This document shows positions 28,880 through 39,563 of a stretch of DNA of 64,000 nt, piece by piece. The stretch lies in assembly GCA_026415435.1 (NCBI GenBank), contig JAOAHC010000041.1:4290-68289 (forward strand), given 5' to 3'. The DNA is from Clostridia bacterium. Lineage in GTDB: Bacteria; Bacillota; Clostridia; TANB77; CAG-465. The notes beneath the pieces were generated by a model. That model had not been told where the DNA came from. It made no database searches and saw only the letters and a program-made list of their open reading frames with translations. How positions within the stretch are numbered: the stretch's first letter is position 1; the number at the start of each line of letters is the position of its first letter. The translations under genes were made by a program, and so were the position numbers.

Positions 28880-29665
28880 ATGAAATTAGTAGATAAATTT
28901 AAAGAATTACACAAATATAGACATATGTTATATACTCTAGTTAAACAGGATATAAGAGGGAAATATAAAGGTTCAATACTTGGATTTTTATGGTCTTTAT
29001 TAAATCCGTTATTGTTGCTTTTAGTATATGCAACTGTATTTCAATTAGTATTTAAAATAGACATTCCAAATTATTCAATACATCTTTTTATAGCATTAAT
29101 GCCTTGGAATTTCTTTGCAAATACAATATCAATAGGTACAGTATCTGTAACTAATGGTGCAAGTATATTAAAGAAGGTATATTTTCCAAGAGAGATTTTA
29201 CCCCTTGCAACAGTTATAAGTGGTACAATAAATTACTTTTTTAGTGCCGTTATAATATTTATTGCATTAATATTTTTCAGCCCTATAGGTGTTTCAGTGT
29301 TTGCACTATGGCTTCCAATTATTGTAATTATACAAGCGATATTTTCACTTGCTTGCATAATGATACTTAGCGCAATAAACGTATATGCAAGAGATGTACA
29401 ATATATAATGAACGTTATTTTAATGGTTTGGTTCTATATTACACCAGTACTATATAGTACTGATATGGTACCTGAGAGGTATAGATTTTTCTATAATTTA
29501 AACCCAATGGTAAAATTAATTGATTCATATAGAGATATTTTGTATAGTAAGACTATGCCTAATTTAAAATGGTTAGGACTTATATTACTAGCATCTACTA
29601 TTTTACTATATGTTTCATACTTGATTTTCCAAAAATTACAAAGAAGATTTGCTGAAGAGGTGTAA
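28880..29665 (+). CDS. ABC-2 type polysaccharide/teichoic-acid export permease (Wzm/TagG-like)
   Basis: 6 TM helices; conserved N-terminus LVKQDIRGKYKGSILGFLWSLLNP. Confidence 0.8.
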   Translation: MKLVDKFKELHKYRHMLYTLVKQDIRGKYKGSILGFLWSLLNPLLLLLVYATVFQLVFKIDIPNYSIHLFIALMPWNFFANTISIGTVSVTNGASILKKVYFPREILPLATVISGTINYFFSAVIIFIALIFFSPIGVSVFALWLPIIVIIQAIFSLACIMILSAINVYARDVQYIMNVILMVWFYITPVLYSTDMVPERYRFFYNLNPMVKLIDSYRDILYSKTMPNLKWLGLILLASTILLYVSYLIFQKLQRRFAEEV

Positions 29666-29668
29666 ACA

Positions 29669-30424
29669 ATGAAAAATATAGATAGTGAAAATAATAACGA
29701 TGTTGTTATATCAGTTAAAAATGTTACGAAACAATTCGTTGTATACGAAGATAAAGCTTATTTTATAAAAGAAAGATTAGCTAATTTAAGAAGAAACAGA
29801 AAGCAAGTTCATGTTGTGTTAAATGATGTTTCTTGTGACATAAAAAGAGGAGAAACTGTTGCTTTAATAGGAGTTAATGGTTCAGGTAAATCTACATTAT
29901 TAAAACTTCTTACAAAAATTATGTATCCTGAACAAGGAACAATTGATATACATGGAAAAGTATCAAGTCTGCTTGAATTAGGAGCAGGTTTTAATACTGA
30001 TTTTACTGGTAGAGAAAATATATATTTTAATGCATCTATATATGGACTTGGTAAAAAAGATGTTGATAAAGTAATAGATAAAATAATAGATTTTTCTGAA
30101 CTTGGTCAATTTATAGATGTACCAGTTAGAACATATTCTTCTGGTATGTATATGAGACTAGCATTTTCTATAGCAGTAAATGTTGAAGCAGAAGTTCTGT
30201 TAATAGACGAGATACTTGCAGTTGGAGATCAACATTTCCAAGATAAATGTTTGAAGAAGATGAAAGAATTAAAAGAACAGAAAAAAACAATGGTATTTGT
30301 TTCGCATAGCATGCATACGGTTAAAGAATTTTGTGATAGAGCAATATGGATAAGAGATGGAAAGATTGTTTTAGATGGATCAACTGATGTAGTGTGTGAG
30401 GAATATTTAAAAGAACAAGGATAG
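29669..30424 (+). CDS. ABC transporter ATP-binding protein (Wzt/TagH-like, lacking a C-terminal carbohydrate-binding domain)
   Basis: Walker A GVNGSGKST, signature YSSGM, Walker B LLIDE; 251 aa. Confidence 0.85.
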   Translation: MKNIDSENNNDVVISVKNVTKQFVVYEDKAYFIKERLANLRRNRKQVHVVLNDVSCDIKRGETVALIGVNGSGKSTLLKLLTKIMYPEQGTIDIHGKVSSLLELGAGFNTDFTGRENIYFNASIYGLGKKDVDKVIDKIIDFSELGQFIDVPVRTYSSGMYMRLAFSIAVNVEAEVLLIDEILAVGDQHFQDKCLKKMKELKEQKKTMVFVSHSMHTVKEFCDRAIWIRDGKIVLDGSTDVVCEEYLKEQG

Positions 30425-30454
30425 AAATTAGATAAATTAAGGGGTATAATTAAT

Positions 30455-32737
30455 ATGGTAAATGAAAAAAAGTATTTTAATTTTAGTAAAGAACCAGGTA
30501 AGCAATTATCAAATAGAATTGTATTAAATGATGGCGAACCACTTATTAGTATAATAACTCCATACTATAATTCTAAAAAATATTTACAGCAAACAGCAAA
30601 TAGTATATTTAATCAAACTTTTCCATACTTTGAATGGATAATAGTAAATGATGGAAGTACAGAGGAGGATACTACTGAGTTTTTAAGTAAATTTGCAAAT
30701 CAAGATAATAGAATTAAGATACTAAATAAAGAAAATGGTGGTCCAGCATCGGCCAGATTTTTTGGTGTAGAAAATGCAACGGCAGATATAATATATACAA
30801 TGGATGCAGATGACTTAATAGATAATACATTGTTAGAGTGTGGATATTGGACTTTAACTACAAATAAAAAAGCCACATGGGCATATTCAAATAGTTGTGC
30901 ATTTGGAGAACAAGAATATTTATGGTGTCCACCATTTAATACAATGAAAGAAAAAAAAGAAAATCTATTATGTGGGTCTGCTTTTATACGAAAAGATAAA
31001 TTTCTAGAACTGCCTGAATATACAAAGCTTCCAAAAGAAGTCCACGAAGATTGGTATATGTGGTTAAAGTTTCTATCAAAAGGATACCTTCCTATAAAAA
31101 TGAATTTTTATGGCTTTTGGTACAGAAGAGAGACAGTAGGTAGATTAAATGCTATAAATTCTGATAAGGAAAAGAGTAAAATAGCTGAATCTTATCTTGA
31201 AGAAGTGGCAAAAAATATAAAGAAAAATGTTGGAGCTATACAATTTCCAATAACAACAGATTATTGTTATACAGCATATCCGAAAGAGCTTAACTGGTCA
31301 AGATTACCTATTACTAAGAAAGGTGAGAAAAAAAGAATACTATGCATTTTTCCATGGTCAGTAACAGGTGGAGCAGATATATTTAATTTAAACTTAATAA
31401 AGGTTTTAAAAGGACAAGGCTTTGAAATAACAATGGTAACAACAGAATCTACACAATATATACTTAGGCATCAATTTGAAGAAAATGTTGATGAATACTT
31501 TGATTTGACCACATTTCTAAAAAGAGAAGATTGGGCGGGTTTTATACATTATATAATAAAATCTAGAAATATAGATCTAGTATTTGAAAGTAATAGCTTT
31601 TATGGATATTATGTTACTCCTTGGCTTAAATGCAAATTTCCAGAAATCCCATTTGTAGATTATTTGCATGCTGAGGATTGGAGCTGGAGAGATGGTGGAT
31701 ATCCAAGAGATTCAATAGCAATTTCTTGTTATTTAGAGAAAACATATACATGTACAAGATATTTAAAGGAAATAATGCATGATAAAATGGAAAAAAGGCT
31801 TGATAATACAAAAGTATTATACATAGGTGTAGATACTAAACATTTTGATCCGGATCTAGATTTACCACAAGATAATGAACTAAAGGAGAAATATAAAGAT
31901 AAAAAAATATTACTATTTCCATGCAGATTGGAATATTTAAAAAGACCAATATTTATGGTTGAACTTATGAAAATTATATGTAGTGAAAGAAAAGATATTA
32001 TTTGTCTATTCATTGGAGATGGGTCTGCTAAAGATAAAACACTCGAATATATAAAAAAATATGATTTGAGCAATTATATAAAAATATTAGGGATGAAAAG
32101 CGATGTTAGACCATATTACAAAATTGGTGATATAACAATAATATCTTCACTTACAGAGGGCTTAACACTTACAGCATACGAATCTCTTTCTATGGGCGTA
32201 CCAGTTATTTCATCAGATGTTGGTGGTCAAAAGGAACTAGTAAATGATAGCAATGGAAAAATTATTAAAACATATCAAAATGTTGAAAAAGACCTGCATA
32301 ACTATGAATATTCTATAGAGGAATTGGAAGAATATAAAAATGCAATTTATGGGATATTAGATAAAAATGATAAAGATAAAATAGAACAAAAAAAATTATG
32401 TAGAGAAAATATAATTAAAAATTTTGATACTAATAAATCAATGGAACAATTAGTTGATGAATTTAATGATATGATTAAAACTGGAAGTAGAATAGATAAA
32501 AGTATTTGTGAAAATATAGAAATAGCAGAAAGAATTTTAATTTTATACAATGAACTCAATAAAAACTACTACAAGGATGAAGATTCTAATATTAATGAAA
32601 ATGTCAATATATCTAAAAAACAAAAAATTAGAAATTTTTTATGGAGGTTTAAATTTTGGAGGGGCTTTATTAAAGTTTGTCAAAAATTCGGAATAATAAG
32701 GGTAACAAAGAAAATAAGATATATTATAAAAAGATAA
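30455..32737 (+). CDS. bifunctional glycosyltransferase (N-terminal GT2 plus C-terminal GT-B/GT4-like)
   Basis: VNDGSTEED...MDADD (GT2) followed by TEGLTLTAYESLSMGVPVISSD (GT4 E..G..EA-type motif). Confidence 0.7.
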   Translation: MVNEKKYFNFSKEPGKQLSNRIVLNDGEPLISIITPYYNSKKYLQQTANSIFNQTFPYFEWIIVNDGSTEEDTTEFLSKFANQDNRIKILNKENGGPASARFFGVENATADIIYTMDADDLIDNTLLECGYWTLTTNKKATWAYSNSCAFGEQEYLWCPPFNTMKEKKENLLCGSAFIRKDKFLELPEYTKLPKEVHEDWYMWLKFLSKGYLPIKMNFYGFWYRRETVGRLNAINSDKEKSKIAESYLEEVAKNIKKNVGAIQFPITTDYCYTAYPKELNWSRLPITKKGEKKRILCIFPWSVTGGADIFNLNLIKVLKGQGFEITMVTTESTQYILRHQFEENVDEYFDLTTFLKREDWAGFIHYIIKSRNIDLVFESNSFYGYYVTPWLKCKFPEIPFVDYLHAEDWSWRDGGYPRDSIAISCYLEKTYTCTRYLKEIMHDKMEKRLDNTKVLYIGVDTKHFDPDLDLPQDNELKEKYKDKKILLFPCRLEYLKRPIFMVELMKIICSERKDIICLFIGDGSAKDKTLEYIKKYDLSNYIKILGMKSDVRPYYKIGDITIISSLTEGLTLTAYESLSMGVPVISSDVGGQKELVNDSNGKIIKTYQNVEKDLHNYEYSIEELEEYKNAIYGILDKNDKDKIEQKKLCRENIIKNFDTNKSMEQLVDEFNDMIKTGSRIDKSICENIEIAERILILYNELNKNYYKDEDSNINENVNISKKQKIRNFLWRFKFWRGFIKVCQKFGIIRVTKKIRYIIKR

Positions 32738-32818
32738 CACAAATAAAAGAAAGATGCCTAAATTACTAGAGATTGATTAGATTAAATGAAAACTTTTTGT
32801 TGTCAAAGGAGACCAAAA

Positions 32819-34240
32819 ATGAAAGATTCAATATTAATATGTTTAAATGAATTAGGTATAGGTGGAGTGGAAACAGCAGTATTAAACCAAACGATACAAA
32901 TGATAAAGAGAGGACATAGAGTAATAGTACTAGCTAAAACTGGAATATATACAGAACAATTTGAGAGCATTGGTGCAATATGTATAAATTTCGATTATGA
33001 AATTTCAAATCAAATAGATGAAAATAAAGTAGGAGAAATAATAAAAATAATAGATAATTATAAAATAAAACAAATACATATACACAAGATGGACTGTATA
33101 AGTGTTATGTTACCAATATTATTGCTTAAAAATATACCATATGTAGCATATGTGCATAATGGGATTCCAAAACTATATGATTGGTGGGAAAGAAATTTTA
33201 AAGCATATCAAATTTATTTTAAACTATATTATAAAAATGCAACTAAAATAGTAGCAATTACTCAAACAGCTATGATAGAAAATAGTGAAAAATTTGGTAT
33301 TGATAAGGGTAAATATTTAGTAATAAATAATAGTATAGATTTTGAAAAGTATCATATTGAAGAAAATAAAGTCTCTGGAACAATAAAACGATTTTTGATA
33401 ATTAGTAGATTATCATCAGAAAAAAGTAATTCTATTATAAATGCTATTAAGCTATTTAAAAAATATTATGAATATAATAAAGATGCAAGACTTACAATTG
33501 TTGGAGATGGAAATATAAAAGAAACAATCGAAAATGAAATTGAAGATATAAAAGATATAGTCAGTATGTTAGGTGCAAGAAATGATATAGCAAAGATATT
33601 AGAGAATAATGATGTTGTAATAGGTCTAGATAGAAGCATACTAGAAGCAATTGCAATGAAAAAGATAGCAATAATCAGCGGTTATGACGGAAAAATGAAC
33701 ATACTAACCCCTGAAAATATAGTTGCAACTTCAAATGAAAACTTTTCAAATATAGATACTAGCAAATCAATAGATGATATAATAAAAACATTCCAAAATC
33801 TTACAAAGGGCGATATTAGTAGAATTGTAAGTGGGAATTATGAATTTGCATTTGAAAAATTAAACATAGCTAAAAATATTTTTATTATAGAAGAAGATAA
33901 AAATAATATTAATCTAGAAAATTTAAAACAGAATGATTATGTAAATTTACTAATAGATTTTTCTAAAATAGCCGAAGAAGTAAGGCTATATGCTGAAAAC
34001 TTATATAATGATACAAGTGAATGTAAAGTATGGTTAGAAAAGCAAATTGATATAAGAGATAAACAGTTAGAAGAAAAGGAAAATCAAATAGTTATAATAA
34101 ATAAACAATTAGAGGATAAAGAAAAACAAGTTGCTGAATTGACTAGTACACTGGAAAATATAAAAAGTAGCAAAATTATAAAAACGGCACTTAAGCTAAG
34201 TAATGTAAAAAACAAAATAATGGATGTATTTAAAAATTAG
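32819..34240 (+). CDS. GT4-family glycosyltransferase with a C-terminal coiled-coil extension
   Basis: ATG at 32819 after aaggag; the GT-B C-terminal motif ILEAIAMKKIAII is followed by about 80 aa of heptad repeats (LEEKENQIVIINKQLEDKEKQVAEL). Confidence 0.65.
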   Translation: MKDSILICLNELGIGGVETAVLNQTIQMIKRGHRVIVLAKTGIYTEQFESIGAICINFDYEISNQIDENKVGEIIKIIDNYKIKQIHIHKMDCISVMLPILLLKNIPYVAYVHNGIPKLYDWWERNFKAYQIYFKLYYKNATKIVAITQTAMIENSEKFGIDKGKYLVINNSIDFEKYHIEENKVSGTIKRFLIISRLSSEKSNSIINAIKLFKKYYEYNKDARLTIVGDGNIKETIENEIEDIKDIVSMLGARNDIAKILENNDVVIGLDRSILEAIAMKKIAIISGYDGKMNILTPENIVATSNENFSNIDTSKSIDDIIKTFQNLTKGDISRIVSGNYEFAFEKLNIAKNIFIIEEDKNNINLENLKQNDYVNLLIDFSKIAEEVRLYAENLYNDTSECKVWLEKQIDIRDKQLEEKENQIVIINKQLEDKEKQVAELTSTLENIKSSKIIKTALKLSNVKNKIMDVFKN

Positions 34241-34262
34241 AATAATATATGAAAGAGGAAAT

Positions 34263-35999
34263 ATGGAAAAAGTAGTTTTTTTAAATTCCAATAGTAAACA
34301 TATAAAAAAATGTATGAAATTTTTAGTTAACTTTGAATCACAAGTTTTAAGTATAGAAAATATAAAGGGAAAGTACAAAATTAAATTAGATAACACTAAC
34401 TCTTTATATAATGACTATGTTAAATTAGTATATATATATGAAAATGGTGGTCTGCTTTTAGATGGAAAGTATGAGATTTATAGTGAATTAAGCAATTTCT
34501 TTTTGCAGGATGTTTTTTTAGGATTTTCAGATATAAATAAAATAAGTACAAATATTATTTGGGCAAAAGAAAAGAAAAATACATATATAAAAAAGATTAT
34601 TGATTTGATGGAATTAATATGTTTTAATGATATTACAGAAGTATTTAGTAAGGCATTTTCAAGAGATTTTAAAAACACTAATAATTCATTAATAACTATA
34701 GAAAACAAGTTATATATATATCCATATGACTATTTTTATCCATTAGATTATGATAGATCTGGTAAAGATTTTTCACAAAATCTTACTGCAATACTTTATG
34801 AAAACAAAAAGATTTCTTTGAAAAGTAAAATAAAACTTAAATTTATAAAATTATTTGGTACATCTGGATATAGGTATACAAAATTTTTGCTAAGAAAAAT
34901 TAAACATAAAATATACTATAAAAAATATATAGAAAATGAAAGAAAAGGCAAGTATAAAAGTGAAGAGAGTAAAATACAAAGTATTGATAATGCATGCAAA
35001 AAGATAAATGAGTATGTAAACAAAAAAATCAAATATATTGTAATCTATAATCCAAAGTGGCTAGGAGTGACTGCTGCAACTAATGAATTATTTGAAAATC
35101 TAGTTCCACTAGAAGAAATATATACTGAAAAAGATGCAAATATTTTATCAGAAAAAATCACCAATCTGGGTGTAGAACAAGTTATTTTCAGCGCATTTGC
35201 AGATGGTTGGGACATTTTGAGTAGAAAGTTAAAGGAAAAAGATAAGAATACAAAGTTAAAATGTTTTTGGCATGGATCGCACTCTCAAGTTATAGAGACG
35301 ATAAACTGGAGAACAAATGTAAGTGTTATTAACTTACATAAAGAGGGTATAATAGATATTTTTGCAACTTGTAAAGAAAGTATTATTAATTTTTATAAAT
35401 CTCAGAACTACAACACTCACTTTATAAAAAACACAGTAAGACTAGATGAAAAATTATTACAAGAAATTGAAACTGAAAGAAATAGTATTGTAGAAGATGA
35501 TAAAGTAAGAATTGGCATATATGCTGCAGGCATGAGTTGGAGAAAAAATATGTTTAATCAAATTGCAGCAGCTTCACAGATAAAAAACGCAGTTATAGAT
35601 AGTGTTCCATTGGATTTTATTGGACAAACTTTTGCATCAAGACTAAACATTGATATGATAGGTAGTACAAAGGGTTTAAAAAGAGAAGAATTATTAAAAA
35701 GAATGAGTAGAAACGATATAAATTTATACGTAACTTTTTCAGAATGTGCACCGATGCTACCGATAGAAAGTATGGAAGTAGGAGTTATTTGTCTTACTGG
35801 AGATACAAACCATTATTTTAAAAATACCGAACTAGAAAAATATCTTATTATCGATAGAGAAGATGATACTAATGAGATAATTAAAAAAATTAAGTATGCA
35901 CTAGAAAATAAAGAAAAGATATTAGAACTATATAGACAGTGGAAAAATGTTTATGATATAGAAAGCAAAAAAAGTGTAGAGGAATTTTTAAAAATGTAA
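34263..35999 (+). CDS. two-domain glycosyltransferase: GT32-like (DXD sugar-binding) N-domain plus a GT-B/GT4-like C-domain paralogous to the next gene
   Basis: YVKLVYIYENGGLLLDGKYEI and YPYDYFYPLDYD resemble the Gly_transf_sug/OCH1-like domain; the C-terminal 340 aa align with 36016..37074 (LYVTFSECAPMLPIESMEVGVICLTGDTNHYFKN). Confidence 0.5.
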   Translation: MEKVVFLNSNSKHIKKCMKFLVNFESQVLSIENIKGKYKIKLDNTNSLYNDYVKLVYIYENGGLLLDGKYEIYSELSNFFLQDVFLGFSDINKISTNIIWAKEKKNTYIKKIIDLMELICFNDITEVFSKAFSRDFKNTNNSLITIENKLYIYPYDYFYPLDYDRSGKDFSQNLTAILYENKKISLKSKIKLKFIKLFGTSGYRYTKFLLRKIKHKIYYKKYIENERKGKYKSEESKIQSIDNACKKINEYVNKKIKYIVIYNPKWLGVTAATNELFENLVPLEEIYTEKDANILSEKITNLGVEQVIFSAFADGWDILSRKLKEKDKNTKLKCFWHGSHSQVIETINWRTNVSVINLHKEGIIDIFATCKESIINFYKSQNYNTHFIKNTVRLDEKLLQEIETERNSIVEDDKVRIGIYAAGMSWRKNMFNQIAAASQIKNAVIDSVPLDFIGQTFASRLNIDMIGSTKGLKREELLKRMSRNDINLYVTFSECAPMLPIESMEVGVICLTGDTNHYFKNTELEKYLIIDREDDTNEIIKKIKYALENKEKILELYRQWKNVYDIESKKSVEEFLKM

Positions 36000-36015
36000 T
36001 TGAAAGGAATAAAAT

Positions 36016-37074
36016 ATGTCAAGACACGGTAAAAAGATATATGATATGCTGTTTTTTAATAAGTCGTATACAGAAAAGATTTTATTAAATATAGAAAATT
36101 TAAAAGATAAAGAAGTAGTAGCAATATATAATCCTGAAAATATCGGTATAATGAATTCAACCAAAGATTTATTTGAAAACCATATAGGTATAAATGAATT
36201 ATTTAAGAAAAAGCAAATAAATCTAATTACAAAAAAAATAACTAGTTCAAATATAAAGCAGATAGTGTTTTCTTCAAATACGTTTGGATTTAAGGAGTTA
36301 GCAGAAAAAATAAGGGAAGAAAGCGAAGACATTAAGATAAAGTTTTTTTGGCATGGATCATTTTCAATGTTTGTTCAAGAAAATGAAATATATTTTTTTA
36401 ACCAGATAATTGAATTGTTAGAAAAAAATATTATTAATGGGGTGGCATTTGCAAAAGAAAGTATGTATGAATTTTACAAAGAAAAAGGATATAAGTCATA
36501 CTTTTTACCGAATAGAGTGCCAGAAATTGATGGAAAATTAAAAAATGAAAAACTTGATATATATGAAGATAATATGTTAAATATAGGGTTATATTCAGCA
36601 GGAGAAAGATGGGAAAAAAACACATATAATCAGCTAAGTGCAGCATCAATGGTAAAAGATTCAGTAGTTGATATATTGCCAGCAACTGAACTCGTAACAA
36701 CCTTTTGTGATTTAATGAATATACAAATTAAAGATGAGAGACTGGTATATCTATCAAGAGAGGAACTACTAAAAAGAATGGCAGTAAATGACATCAATCT
36801 ATATGTTACATTTACAGAATGTTCACCTGTTATACCACTAGAAAGTTTAGAAATGGGTGTGCCTTGTATAACTGGAAATAATCATCACTATTTTAAAAAT
36901 AGCAAACTATATGATTATTTAGTAGTAAAATCAGAGGATGACATAAATGAAATATATGAAAAAATAAAAAGGGCAATAGATAATAAAAATGAAATAATGA
37001 AATTATATTCAGAATGGAAGCAAGAATATAACAGTTATGTTGGGGAGTGTTTTAAAAAATTCGTAGAGGGCTAG
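36016..37074 (+). CDS. GT-B fold (GT4-like) glycosyltransferase, paralog of the C-domain of the preceding gene
   Basis: FFWHGSFS and LYVTFTECSPVIPLESLEMGVPCITGNNHHYFKN match the upstream paralog. Confidence 0.5.
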   Translation: MSRHGKKIYDMLFFNKSYTEKILLNIENLKDKEVVAIYNPENIGIMNSTKDLFENHIGINELFKKKQINLITKKITSSNIKQIVFSSNTFGFKELAEKIREESEDIKIKFFWHGSFSMFVQENEIYFFNQIIELLEKNIINGVAFAKESMYEFYKEKGYKSYFLPNRVPEIDGKLKNEKLDIYEDNMLNIGLYSAGERWEKNTYNQLSAASMVKDSVVDILPATELVTTFCDLMNIQIKDERLVYLSREELLKRMAVNDINLYVTFTECSPVIPLESLEMGVPCITGNNHHYFKNSKLYDYLVVKSEDDINEIYEKIKRAIDNKNEIMKLYSEWKQEYNSYVGECFKKFVEG

Positions 37075-37084
37075 GTGCATTTAT

Positions 37085-38137
37085 ATGAGTAATAATATAT
37101 ATGATTTATCAATTATAATACCAGTATATAATACCGAGAATTATTTTAAAAAATGTATTAATTCTGTGATGGATTCTGTTTCTGGGTTAATAAATGTAGA
37201 AGTATTAGTTATAAACGATGGATCAAAAGGAAATATAAACGAGCTAATAAAAGAATATTTAGATAAGTATAAAGATTTAATAAAATATTTTGACAAAGAA
37301 AATATAGGTAGGGCAGGTACAAGGAATTTTGGTATAGAAATTTCAAAAGGAAAATATATAACATTTGTTGATTCAGATGATGAAGTGGATAAAAATTACT
37401 ATAAAAAGGTTATAGAAATAATAAATAATGAAAATCCAGATGTAATAGTATGTGATATTGAAAGTATAAATGGAGATATTAAGTTTAGAACTCATGCGAA
37501 AAATTCTAGAATATCTGATAATAGGTGGGGATGCTTTGATATATCTGTAATGCCTTCATGTTGTAATAAGATATTTAGAAAAGAGTTATTTAATGAGCAA
37601 AATAAATTTCCAATCGGGTATAATTTTGAAGATTTATCTACTGTTCCTATAATTATGCTAACTGCAAAAAATATAGTATATATACCAGAAATGTTATATA
37701 AATATAATATACATGAAAACTCTATAATGCATTCAGAATTTAGCGAAAAAAAGTTTGAAATAATAGATATAATTAAAATACTATTTGTTAGGTTAGATAA
37801 ATTAGATATATTAATAGATGAAAAAAATCGCGCAAAACATTCGGTATATTATCAGAGACTATATTTTGAATTACTAGAACCAATATCAAAATTAGAAGAT
37901 TTTAATAAATATAATTTTTGTAAAGTATTATGCCAAAAAATTCAAAAACTTCACAAACGTATGAATGGTAATGTTTACTACAAGCTAGAGAAAAATAAAG
38001 GTAGATTAAAGAGGCAATGGTATGCACATTTAGTAGATTTTGCATTATATAATAATTTACCTTTACTTTTAACTAAAATAATAAAAAAAGCAGTGTATTA
38101 TAATAATCAATATGTAGAGGACATGTGGTGTGTATAA
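37085..38137 (+). CDS. GT2-family glycosyltransferase
   Basis: LSIIIPVYN...INDGSKGN...VDSDDE. Confidence 0.75.
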   Translation: MSNNIYDLSIIIPVYNTENYFKKCINSVMDSVSGLINVEVLVINDGSKGNINELIKEYLDKYKDLIKYFDKENIGRAGTRNFGIEISKGKYITFVDSDDEVDKNYYKKVIEIINNENPDVIVCDIESINGDIKFRTHAKNSRISDNRWGCFDISVMPSCCNKIFRKELFNEQNKFPIGYNFEDLSTVPIIMLTAKNIVYIPEMLYKYNIHENSIMHSEFSEKKFEIIDIIKILFVRLDKLDILIDEKNRAKHSVYYQRLYFELLEPISKLEDFNKYNFCKVLCQKIQKLHKRMNGNVYYKLEKNKGRLKRQWYAHLVDFALYNNLPLLLTKIIKKAVYYNNQYVEDMWCV

Positions 38138-38183
38138 AATGATATAATATTTATGTAATCGTAGTATAGGAGAGAATAATTAA

Positions 38184-39563
38184 ATGAAGATAAAAAATAT
38201 AATTTTAAGTGTAATGTTAATAATACTATTTTTAAATATCAATTATAATGCATTTAATATTTTTAGTGAAAATTATAAAAACTCTAATTTTTTTGTGGGA
38301 AAATATGATGAAAAATGGTTTGAATACTTTCAAAGTGATTCCGAAACATTAGTTATATCAAAACTTATGCAAAGCGAAAAAGAAGGAGTATTTTCCAACG
38401 CTGGATTATTGACTGTTACAAATGTTGATGGAGTTCCAAATCTTGATGTGGAAATAAGAGATATATACAAAAATGGTACAGATAAAACTATATCCTTTTC
38501 AAATTATACTTCTCAAGTTGGTTTCCAGGGCATTATAATGGGAAAAATAGCAAACTTCCTTAGCATATCTAATGAGAATGTATACAATTTGTTTAGAACA
38601 ATACTTTCATTATTATTTGCATTAGTATTGTTTGGAATATTATATTACATATATGATGAATTTGGGGTTATTGCTTGTGTAGCAATATTCTTTGTTTGTC
38701 TATTTTCACCTTACTTAAATGCTTTTGGGAAAAATCTATATTGGGTAGCATTTACCTGGTTTTTGCCAATGCTTTCAATGATAATGTTATTAAGATATTT
38801 TGAAAAGAAGAATATTAAATATAATAATATATTAGTTGCTATTGTGATATTTATTTTAGTATTCATAAAAACAACAAATGGTAATGAATATATAACTACA
38901 ATAGGAATATCAATGATAGTACCTTTAGTTTATTATGCTATAAAGAATAGCTGGAAATTAAAAGATTTTATAACTAGAACAATAATTATTACTATTGCAG
39001 CATTATTAGGATTTTGTACACAAATCATAATATGGATAATTCAATTAAGATCAGTTCTTGGAAGTTTTCCAGCTACCATGGATTTAGTAAAGCTTACTAT
39101 AGTAAAAAGAATTGGGACAAGCGCAAGTAGTTTAGGTGGTATAATTGATAATAATAGTTCAGGCTATAAACTATTAAAAGAAAGTATGGAGGCAAATGTT
39201 TTTGATGTAATAGGAAAATATTTAGTATCTCCAATATTTCCTTTTATGAATAGCTTAGCATTAATTCTTATATTTTTTATATTTCTTTTTGTATTTTTTA
39301 TATTCAGAAAGAAAATTAAAGAAACTAAGGATTATAGAAAATGTCTTGCTATAAATATATCAACACTATTTTCTTTAACAGCACCACTTTCATGGTATAT
39401 TTTAGCAAAGGGACATTCATATGTACATACACACATGAATCATGTATTATGGTATTTACCTTTTGCAATTTTAGTTCCGGCATCAATAGTATTAGTAATA
39501 AAATGTAGTTGCGAATATTTTAAAAGTGAGAATTGCATAAAAAAAAAAGGGGTGGAACTATGA
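38184..39563 (+). CDS. polytopic membrane protein (GT-C-like / polymer-modifying candidate)
   Basis: About 10 predicted TM helices with a large loop after TM1; no soluble catalytic motif. Confidence 0.45.
   Translation: MKIKNIILSVMLIILFLNINYNAFNIFSENYKNSNFFVGKYDEKWFEYFQSDSETLVISKLMQSEKEGVFSNAGLLTVTNVDGVPNLDVEIRDIYKNGTDKTISFSNYTSQVGFQGIIMGKIANFLSISNENVYNLFRTILSLLFALVLFGILYYIYDEFGVIACVAIFFVCLFSPYLNAFGKNLYWVAFTWFLPMLSMIMLLRYFEKKNIKYNNILVAIVIFILVFIKTTNGNEYITTIGISMIVPLVYYAIKNSWKLKDFITRTIIITIAALLGFCTQIIIWIIQLRSVLGSFPATMDLVKLTIVKRIGTSASSLGGIIDNNSSGYKLLKESMEANVFDVIGKYLVSPIFPFMNSLALILIFFIFLFVFFIFRKKIKETKDYRKCLAINISTLFSLTAPLSWYILAKGHSYVHTHMNHVLWYLPFAILVPASIVLVIKCSCEYFKSENCIKKKGVEL

Noticed and set aside
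24429-37000. Antisense or alternative-frame ORFs in the glmS / glycosyltransferase region (24429..24620, 25371..25589, 25516..25737, 27814..28275, 28606..28914, 31626..31811, 31729..32073, 32347..32559, 34196..34396, 34478..34708, 35988..36332, 36434..36700)
   Set aside because: They lie embedded in or antisense to genes with clear catalytic motifs; hydrophobic low-complexity translations.
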